Assembly: GCA_039802265.1 (NCBI GenBank)
Contig: JBDRWI010000059.1
Coordinates: 1 to 14,504, forward strand
Length of the DNA stretch: 14,504 nt
Source of the DNA: a candidate division WOR-3 bacterium
GTDB lineage: Bacteria; Hydrothermota; Tepidihabitantia; SM23-42; JAOAFX01
Reading direction: 5' to 3'
The position numbers were made by a program, and so were the translations under genes. The number at the start of each line of letters is the position of its first letter. Within the stretch, counting starts at the first letter, position 1. The notes below the pieces were generated by a model. It worked only from the letters and a program-made list of their open reading frames with translations. It was not told where the DNA came from and did not search any database. Of this stretch, positions 8,544-14,504 are shown piece after piece.

Positions 8544-8632
8544 CACAAGACAGAACAGGAGGTGATAATTAGAGTATTTATATCGTAGCGAGAGATTGAA
8601 TTTTGAGCAAATTATAGAAAATAGGAGGTTCT

Positions 8633-9688
8633 ATGAACCGCTACATCAAATTCTTAATCATCGGTTGCATATTTGCAACCCTTTTATATGCACCACCTCC
8701 AAGAGAGGAAAAGGGGAAACTTCAAAAAGATATGAAGGATAGTCGTATCTGGGTAGAGGGTCAGCGCGGATGGTCTGAGAATGGCACATACTTATGGACA
8801 TCAGTTTCGCCACTTCCCACATACAATGTTGGTATTGGAACTGCAAGCCCACTCTATACACTCCATGTCTCAGGTGTTTCTTACGGTGACTATAACGGCA
8901 CAACACCTATCGCAGCCGGGGTCTATGGTATGGGAAGTCACAACAATACAACTACATCTGCCAAAGGTATAATTGGTGCGGTCAATCAACCACCATCAAC
9001 ATATCTTGGAATTGCTGTAAGTGGATTTGGCAATTCTAACGGCGCACTTGGTGGCTGGTTCTGGGGAAATAATATCCAGTCCGCAACCGGATTCTTTTGG
9101 GGTGGCACAGGTGTTATCGCGGTAGGAGGTTGGGCAGCAATCATAGGAAATACGAACGACCCCGATGGCTGGGCAGTTACTGGCTATTCCAATGGAAGTG
9201 GTGATGCCTGTGGACTTTACGGGCAAAATGATTATTCGGGAGTTTATGCATATATTGCTGATTCCTGGGGCTATGGAATTTATTCCAATGGGGTAAAATC
9301 AACTGTGATGCCCACCTCAAGGGGTGAAAAGGTTTTATTCTGCCCGGAAAGTCCGGAGGTGTTATTTGTTGACTACGGTACCGGGAGGTTAAACAACGGC
9401 AGGGCTTATGTAGCACTTGACCCTACTTTCCTTGAGGTAGTTACCATTGACCGCACTCATCCTTACAGGGTTGTAGTAACACCTACCGAATTATGCAATG
9501 GAGTATATGTGATAAAAAGGGACAAGGGATTTGATGTAATAGAAACCAATAATGGCACAAGTAACGCAACATTTGATTATCAGATTGTAGCATACAGAAA
9601 GGGCTGGGAAGATAAACGCTTTCCTGATGGTAAACCAAGGCGGCCACACAACAGGTCATACACCAATCAAGTTGAATTAAAAAGATAA
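8633..9688 (+). CDS. Shorter Gly-rich fibre-like protein ('fibre' 2), paralogue of 4132..6441, no CTD
   Basis: RBS AGGAGG; same N-terminus (YIKxLIIGC...LLYAP...WxExQRGWxExGT); NVGIGTASPLYTLHVSG; Gly-rich repeats; C-terminal domain GVKSTV...CPESPE...YGTGRLNNG...VTP...RKGWED. Confidence 0.8.
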   Translation: MNRYIKFLIIGCIFATLLYAPPPREEKGKLQKDMKDSRIWVEGQRGWSENGTYLWTSVSPLPTYNVGIGTASPLYTLHVSGVSYGDYNGTTPIAAGVYGMGSHNNTTTSAKGIIGAVNQPPSTYLGIAVSGFGNSNGALGGWFWGNNIQSATGFFWGGTGVIAVGGWAAIIGNTNDPDGWAVTGYSNGSGDACGLYGQNDYSGVYAYIADSWGYGIYSNGVKSTVMPTSRGEKVLFCPESPEVLFVDYGTGRLNNGRAYVALDPTFLEVVTIDRTHPYRVVVTPTELCNGVYVIKRDKGFDVIETNNGTSNATFDYQIVAYRKGWEDKRFPDGKPRRPHNRSYTNQVELKR

Positions 9689-9731
9689 ATAGGAAAACTA
9701 CGAATAATTTATTGGCAATAAAGGAGTGCAA

Positions 9732-10523
9732 ATGAAGATGATAATAATAGGATTGACAATTTTCTCTTTCTTACTCAATGCCCAGAACGAAATATTCAAG
9801 GCAAAATTAAAAGGGATTCAGATTGATGAATATAACCCTGGCTATGAGATAGACTCTCTTACTGTATATCAGAGTGGTGAGTGGGTCTATATGAGGGCAT
9901 ACTCCGCCGCTGGATTTGGGGATATACTGGCAACCAAGTTAAAAGAGACATCACTGCAGACGGCAAAACCAGCCGTAGGGTATTTCACGGGATTTACTGC
10001 CTCAAGCCCCGGTGATGGATATATCTATTTGACTGCAACAAGTGATGGTGGATTCAATCAGGACATTATAAAGGTAAAATGGTCGGGAATTGGAGCTCAA
10101 ACCTTTACTGCCCCTTCAGGTCAGTGTATCAGTGGGTTTGTTAAATCGGGACCGGATGCGGATGGTTATGTTTATCTTCTCGTGAATACGGGTTTTATAG
10201 GAGTTGAAGAAGAACAGAAAGACAGGGAAGCAGGTATTTATAAATTTGGTTTTGAACTAAGGGTAATCGGTCCCAATCCAACCCGAGAATATACAAAGAT
10301 ATTCTATAGCATTCCTAATCATTCATCAGTTCGTCTTGAAGTGTATGATATCTCGGGGCGGCTCGTAAAGAGACTCGTTGACTCCTTTCAAAACAGGGGC
10401 AGATATAACCTTTCCTGGGCTTGTGTTGATGAAAATGGAGAGGCATTACCCGATGGTGTCTATCTTGTAAGACTAACGAATGGAAAACAGGTTGCAACCG
10501 AGAAATTACTGTTGTTAAAGTAA
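9732..10523 (+). CDS. Secreted triple-repeat protein with T9SS/FlgD-type CTD ('adapter' 2)
   Basis: AAGGAG at 9721-9726 favours ATG 9732; signal peptide ending LNA|Q; three repeats ending GEWVYM, GDGYIYL and SGPDADGYVYL; GVEE linker; CTD GPNP...VYDISGRLVKRL...LPDGVYLVRL...EKLLLLK. Confidence 0.85.
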   Translation: MKMIIIGLTIFSFLLNAQNEIFKAKLKGIQIDEYNPGYEIDSLTVYQSGEWVYMRAYSAAGFGDILATKLKETSLQTAKPAVGYFTGFTASSPGDGYIYLTATSDGGFNQDIIKVKWSGIGAQTFTAPSGQCISGFVKSGPDADGYVYLLVNTGFIGVEEEQKDREAGIYKFGFELRVIGPNPTREYTKIFYSIPNHSSVRLEVYDISGRLVKRLVDSFQNRGRYNLSWACVDENGEALPDGVYLVRLTNGKQVATEKLLLLK

Positions 10524-10558
10524 TAAAAAATTCTGGTTCAAGTGCACGAAATAAATTA

Positions 10559-10603
10559 GGGGCTGTTTCGCAATCCGACTCTAAGGGTTTATGCCACAGC
10601 CTC
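10559..10603. mobile_element. Possible 45-bp miniature IS relic (IS5/IS1182-like ends)
   Basis: GGGGCTGT...ACAGCCTC imperfect terminal inverted repeats with TA on both flanks. Confidence 0.35.
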
Positions 10604-10627
10604 TAAATGATTACCCTGGTTATGTTT

Positions 10628-10658
10628 TTGTATAGGAATTTGAAAAATTCCTATACAA
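10628..10658. repeat. Perfect 14-bp inverted repeat (operator or hairpin)
   Basis: TTGTATAGGAATTT-gaa-AAATTCCTATACAA. Confidence 0.7.
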
Positions 10659-10693
10659 TGGTAATGAAATTTTTCATTATAGTTAAAAAAACC

Positions 10694-10795
10694 ACAAGAT
10701 ATTCAGGGGAGGATGATATGAAAATGGTCTCCGCACAAAGAGACGGTTTGCTATATAGCGGGGGTTTTCAGGGGGTATCCCCCTGAATATCTTGT
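10694..10795. mobile_element. 102-bp MITE-like or structured element with perfect 16-bp terminal inverted repeats
   Basis: ACAAGATATTCAGGGG (10694-10709) / CCCCTGAATATCTTGT (10780-10795); internal hairpin TTCAGGGGG-tat-CCCCCTGAA. No obvious target duplication. Confidence 0.5.
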
Positions 10796-10804
10796 AACTT
10801 CAAT

Positions 10805-11371
10805 GTGCTGCCTGTAAATAATATTACCTTCCACCCTGCTCATTGTGATACAGTCTTTACCCTGGTGGGTGCGGGTTCTTATAGTGATGCATTATATCGC
10901 TCTATTGATACCGGCATTACCTGGCAATTTGTTGATTGGTTCGTCTGTCCCTATTCCATGACAATCTGTGCCTTTCCATATATCATCCTTCTTGGCTGTA
11001 TAGATGATTATGGTATATACAAGAGTGAACAGGAGGACTTTGGGGAGACCTGGGAACATATCGGACGGACTGATAATATGCCATACTCTCAAATCACCTG
11101 TGTGGCGATAGTCGAAGAAAATATCATCTATGCAGGATACTACGATGAGAAAGAGAAAAGTTGTGGTATCCAGATGACAACCAATGGTGGTAGGGATTGG
11201 CGAAAATTGCCGATAATTTTAGATGATGATTTGATTGATATTTTAGTAGATTCAGGAGAGCCAAAAAAATTTTATTTAGCCATTAAATCCAGCCCAGGTA
11301 TAAAATTTTTTGAATATAACATCTCCAATTTAAATAAATTAGAAAATAAGAAAGTGGTAATTAAGAGATGA
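10805..11371 (+). pseudogene. N-terminally truncated Asp-box (BNR) beta-propeller gene; partial paralogue of 12831..13844
   Basis: No RBS or signal peptide, and it starts mid-blade just after the 102-bp element. Asp-boxes SIDTGITW, EDFGETW, TTNGGRDW. The C-terminal ~110 aa closely match those of 12831..13844. Confidence 0.6.
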
Positions 11372-11425
11372 GTAATCTTTCCGGTCTTGACATGGATTTA
11401 ATTTTTCTTATAATATCAATAGGAG
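11033..11425 (+). repeat. Diverged direct repeat, copy 1 (copy 2 at 13506-13891)
   Basis: Identical 22-mer GAGGACTTTGGGGAGACCTGGG, then shared AAATATCATCTATGC-GGATACTACGATGAGAAA, and ATGAGTAATCTTT...CTTGA...AATAGGAG past the stop codon. Confidence 0.85.
11387..11414 (+). promoter_or_regulatory. sigma70-type promoter for 11431..12822
   Basis: Exact TTGACA (11387-11392), 16 bp spacer, exact TATAAT (11409-11414); RBS AGGAG 11421-11425. Confidence 0.8.
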
Positions 11426-11430
11426 ATTAG

Positions 11431-12822
11431 ATGTTTATTATCTTCTTTCTTATTCTTCAAGATACCCTAATCCGCTGGGAGCCAGAGGTGAATCTAAGCC
11501 AAGATACCTCATATAACTTTTATCCATGGATTGAATGTTTGGATAGTTTTGTCCATATCGTATGGAACTCGCAAAATGGTTACGTGTATTATCGTCGTAG
11601 TACAGACCTCGGTGTTTCTTGGGATAGCGTGGTGCAATTGAACGATTCAGCAGTCACTATAATTTATCCGCAAATCGCCTTATCGGGCAGTTTTGTGCAT
11701 TGTATTTGGTGGGAGTTTGCTCAAGACGGTAGGTTGCGATATAGAAGAAGTTTAGATAGAGGTCAAACCTGGGATACTTTATGTATTTTGGGGCCTTCTG
11801 CCCACCGCCATTTTATTATAGCAAAAGGATTGGATGTTTATGTAATTACAGGTAAAAGTAGCCCTGATTTGGGTCTCTTTTTATTGAAAAGCACCGACGG
11901 CGGCTCCACCTGGTCGTCATGTCATAAAATTTCATCAAGACTGCCTGATTACGAGGTTGGTTTCTTTATAAATGAAAAATTTCACCTCGCTTTTACAGAT
12001 GACGCCGATTCAGTCTATTATATGTATAGCACTGATTTGGGTGAGACCTGGTCTGAGCCATTACAGATTGCGGTTAATCCCGATGCCCCAAAATGTCATA
12101 ATATCGTTGCCAATGATTATGGTTATTTATTTATTCCCTGGGAGGACAATAAATATTCTGGTGGTGTACTCGATGATGTGCTTCTGCGAAGGTCAACGGA
12201 CAATGGTTTAACCTGGCTACCCGAGCAACAGATAACCAATCATCATCTGGTTGATATGTGGGACGATATCTGCTGTGCGGATTCAGATGTCTATTTGGTC
12301 TGGCCTAAGGATGGCTCTTCTCAAGAGGCTTTGCAATTCCGTGCCTCCACTGATATGGGTGAGACCTGGTGGCCGATTGAGGATATATGTAACAATTTGG
12401 TTTTTGATGGTTCAGTTGCCACCGATTTTCCTAAAATTCATATCGTTTGGAGAGATCGACGCAGCTTTCCCTCAGAAATCTACTACCGTCGTGGCACGAG
12501 GCTACCGGTAGGGATTGAGGAGACAAGGAGACAGAGAGAGAAGGAGACAGGGAGAATTGAGGTTTGGCCAAATCCTTTCAGGAATTACTGCGTGATTCAG
12601 TATGCACTAAGCAGTAAGCACTATGCACCAGGGGAAGTAGTTAGTGTTAAGATGTATGATGTTTTAGGAAAGGAGGTGATGTCTTTGAGACAAAGAGACA
12701 AGGAGACAGAGGGACGGGGAGAGATAAGGATAGAGACAAAAGGTCTGCCCCCGGGTGTTTATTTTGTGCAGGTTGAATCAGGAAGTATTAGTGAGATTAA
12801 AAAAACAGTAAAAATAGAATAG
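11431..12822 (+). CDS. Asp-box/BNR-repeat (sialidase-like fold) beta-propeller protein with T9SS-type CTD
   Basis: Six Asp-boxes (STDLGVSW, SLDRGQTW, STDGGSTW, STDLGETW, STDNGLTW, STDMGETW) alternating with VHIVW-type strands; GIEE linker; CTD WPNPF...MYDVLGKEV...LPPGVYFV...IKKTVKIE. The N-terminal hydrophobic leader is unusually short. Confidence 0.85.
   Translation: MFIIFFLILQDTLIRWEPEVNLSQDTSYNFYPWIECLDSFVHIVWNSQNGYVYYRRSTDLGVSWDSVVQLNDSAVTIIYPQIALSGSFVHCIWWEFAQDGRLRYRRSLDRGQTWDTLCILGPSAHRHFIIAKGLDVYVITGKSSPDLGLFLLKSTDGGSTWSSCHKISSRLPDYEVGFFINEKFHLAFTDDADSVYYMYSTDLGETWSEPLQIAVNPDAPKCHNIVANDYGYLFIPWEDNKYSGGVLDDVLLRRSTDNGLTWLPEQQITNHHLVDMWDDICCADSDVYLVWPKDGSSQEALQFRASTDMGETWWPIEDICNNLVFDGSVATDFPKIHIVWRDRRSFPSEIYYRRGTRLPVGIEETRRQREKETGRIEVWPNPFRNYCVIQYALSSKHYAPGEVVSVKMYDVLGKEVMSLRQRDKETEGRGEIRIETKGLPPGVYFVQVESGSISEIKKTVKIE
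12520..12555 (+). repeat. Degenerate 8-bp tandem repeat (GAGACARR x4.5) in the CTD linker
   Basis: gagacaag gagacaga gagagaag gagacagg gaga. Confidence 0.75.
12601..12628 (+). repeat. 7-bp tandem repeat (TAWGCAS x4) inside the CTD
   Basis: tatgcac taagcag taagcac tatgcac. Confidence 0.7.
12687..12722 (+). repeat. Second degenerate 8-bp GAGACARR tandem array inside the CTD
   Basis: gagacaaa gagacaag gagacaga gggacggg gaga. Confidence 0.7.
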
Positions 12823-12830
12823 GAGGAAAA

Positions 12831-13844
12831 ATGCTTAAAAAATCAATAATAACAATCACTGCACTGGGGATGTCTGTATTCCTCAGTGCCCAGATACCAC
12901 ACTGGGAGTTTTTCAATGGTCCCTGGTGTGCACAAAGGATTGTGGACATGGGGATGAGTTATGTGAGTGTTACAGCCCCTTATCCACCCCCGGTTATATA
13001 TGCGGTAAATGAGAATACCTGTCTTGCGAAGACAACCAATGATGGTTATACCTGGGAAATTCTTCCTAAAGGTCATAATTTTGCCGAGGCGATAAAGTGT
13101 GTAGCAGCGCATCCAACAAATCCCAATATTGTATATAAAGGTATTACTGGAAATACCTCTCAGACAGGCATAATGAAGAGCACCGATGGTGGTTATAATT
13201 GGGTTTGCGTCAATAATGGTTTACCAGATGAAATTCATCCCTCAAAACTCGGGATATTTCCGCATCCAGGGTATTATGACTATTTGCTCTTAGGAATGAG
13301 TAGCGACCAGCAAATATATGCGGGTTATTCATTGTATAGAACTACAGATGGTGGCAATACTTGGGAACATTATTCTTTTCCTTGGGAACCACATTTTCTC
13401 AACATCACCGACTTTTCGTTTGATCCGACGGCACCGGAAGTAGTCTGTTTCTCTGCCGATTATTCCTCAGACCCTAACAATGCCTATCGTGGTGTGTGGT
13501 TGAGTGAGGACTTTGGGGAGACCTGGGTTCAGATTGGTAAACCGGGCACCGGTCCTTATTCAATGCCCAATCCTGATGTCACCTGTTTGGCAATAGGAGA
13601 TAGAAATATCATCTATGCCGGATACTACGATGAGAAAAAGAAAATCAGCGGGATTCAACAAACAACCGATAGCGGTAGGAATTGGAGAAAAATGCCAATA
13701 ATTTTGAAAGATATTTTAATTGATATTTTGAATGAACAAAATAAAATTTATTTAGTTATCAAATCATCCAAAAATATAAAATTTATTGAATATAATATTT
13801 CCAATTTTAGCAAGATAAATGAGAGAGTGGTGATTGAGAAATGA
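12831..13844 (+). CDS. Secreted Asp-box (BNR; YCF48/VPS10-like) beta-propeller protein without CTD
   Basis: RBS AGGAGG overlaps the upstream TAG; signal peptide ending LSA|Q; Asp-boxes TTNDGYTW, STDGGYNW, TTDGGNTW, SEDFGETW, TTDSGRNW. Confidence 0.85.
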   Translation: MLKKSIITITALGMSVFLSAQIPHWEFFNGPWCAQRIVDMGMSYVSVTAPYPPPVIYAVNENTCLAKTTNDGYTWEILPKGHNFAEAIKCVAAHPTNPNIVYKGITGNTSQTGIMKSTDGGYNWVCVNNGLPDEIHPSKLGIFPHPGYYDYLLLGMSSDQQIYAGYSLYRTTDGGNTWEHYSFPWEPHFLNITDFSFDPTAPEVVCFSADYSSDPNNAYRGVWLSEDFGETWVQIGKPGTGPYSMPNPDVTCLAIGDRNIIYAGYYDEKKKISGIQQTTDSGRNWRKMPIILKDILIDILNEQNKIYLVIKSSKNIKFIEYNISNFSKINERVVIEK

Positions 13845-13891
13845 GTAATCTTTTCGGCCTTGAGAAGTTTTTAATTTTTAATAAATAGGAG
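13506..13891 (+). repeat. Diverged direct repeat, copy 2 (copy 1 at 11033-11425)
   Basis: Same anchors as copy 1, extending through the stop codon to the next RBS. Confidence 0.85.
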
Positions 13892-13896
13892 GTTTT

Positions 13897-14504
13897 ATGG
13901 TCTTAATAAGTCTATTGTTTTTGGCATCAATAAATGGTGGCCTTCTGCCGATTGAGAAGATAAGAGAAATCGGCACAAGATTTGTTCAGGAAAGGTATGG
14001 GGTATGCCAATACCACAATATGATTCCCTATTATGACCTCAACGATGAGGTCGTTGCCTACGCACTTGTCTTTGAGACTATAAAAAAAGAACCGGCAACA
14101 ATCATAATGGGGGCACGAATGGACTGCTCACCAATCTTTGAGGTCTCAAAATCACTCCCCAGGTTCTATACTGAAATGGAAAGAATAAGAAATATTGCCT
14201 GCAATTTTCTCCCTGGTTTACCCCAATTTAAGAAAGTCTATTACTTTGGACCACAGGAGGAGTATTTCTCTTTTACGGATGATAATAAGGAAATACTTGT
14301 GAACGCCCATTCATTCCAGATATTTGATAAAGATCATTTCTTAAAACTGAAGCCAATAAGAAATTACGAAATTGAGAAAATATTGAAGGAGAAATGGAAT
14401 AGATACCTCTCCTGCCCAGAGATTTTTACACGAGACACAACAATCGGTTATGTAGATTCAGTTCCATTTGTTGACTGGCATTATGGTTCCGGACAAACCT
14501 CAGC
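13897..14504 (+). CDS. Partial gene (runs off the right edge): papain-like (C39/C10-like) peptidase precursor
   Basis: Not in the ORF track. RBS AGGAGG 13887-13892, ATG 13897, open to the end: MVLISLLFLAS...IPYYDLNDEVVAYALVF...IIMGARMDCSPIFE (Spi/SpeB-propeptide-like)...EKWNRYL...TRDTTIGYVDSVPFVDWHYGSGQTS, resembling VPxxxWxYGCxPT. Confidence 0.65.
   Translation, partial: MVLISLLFLASINGGLLPIEKIREIGTRFVQERYGVCQYHNMIPYYDLNDEVVAYALVFETIKKEPATIIMGARMDCSPIFEVSKSLPRFYTEMERIRNIACNFLPGLPQFKKVYYFGPQEEYFSFTDDNKEILVNAHSFQIFDKDHFLKLKPIRNYEIEKILKEKWNRYLSCPEIFTRDTTIGYVDSVPFVDWHYGSGQTS

Noticed and set aside
4132..9688. Prophage or tailocin tail-fibre region
   Set aside because: The fibre-like genes have signal-like leaders and lie among secreted CTD proteins; no capsid, baseplate, sheath or lysis genes are present.
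10784..10786. Selenocysteine or recoded TGA joining the mini-ORF to 10805..11371
   Set aside because: The upstream peptide is derived from the palindromic element and is not a signal peptide, TGA is a normal stop at 11371 and 13844, and no SECIS-like hairpin is evident. Being in frame has a 1-in-3 chance.
10524..10804. CRISPR array or integron attC sites
   Set aside because: The palindromes are unrelated to each other, with no repeat-spacer periodicity and no consistent RYYYAAC/GTTRRRY ends.
11431..12822. True sialidase
   Set aside because: Asp-boxes indicate the fold only; no FRIP/RIP motif is visible, so activity is unassigned.
951..13112. Short alternative-frame and antisense ORFs (60-121 aa) in the ORF track
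   Set aside because: All overlap long, motif-supported genes and lack recognisable motifs; they are most likely shadow ORFs.
11033..13891. Diversity-generating retroelement TR/VR pair
   Set aside because: Many mismatches are not at adenines of either copy, there are indels, and no reverse transcriptase is in the window. Ordinary diverged duplication fits better.

Overview
Bacterial locus of ten co-oriented (+) genes for exported proteins, bounded on the left by what looks like the end of an insertion sequence. Five genes end in a T9SS/Por-type (FlgD-Ig-like) C-terminal sorting domain (CTD): a multidomain clostripain (C11) protease, a SpoIID/LytB-family enzyme, an Asp-box (BNR) beta-propeller and two small paralogues. 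Strong Shine-Dalgarno sites and consensus TTGACA/TATAAT promoters suggest a non-Bacteroidota FCB-like lineage (inference). The most interesting signal is a two-gene module present twice in mirror order around the SpoIID gene. One gene encodes a Gly-rich, tail-fibre-like protein with no CTD and a conserved N-terminal WxExQRGWxExGT motif. The other encodes a small CTD protein built from three internal ~45-50 aa repeats. I propose a pseudo-3-fold CTD adapter that displays a trimeric fibre, possibly matured by the neighbouring protease. The right part holds Asp-box genes sharing a diverged ~390 bp duplication that runs into the next promoter/RBS, a cluster of palindromic mini-elements, and a partial papain-like gene with Ser at the expected catalytic Cys. 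All family calls are from motif recognition by eye; no searches were run.
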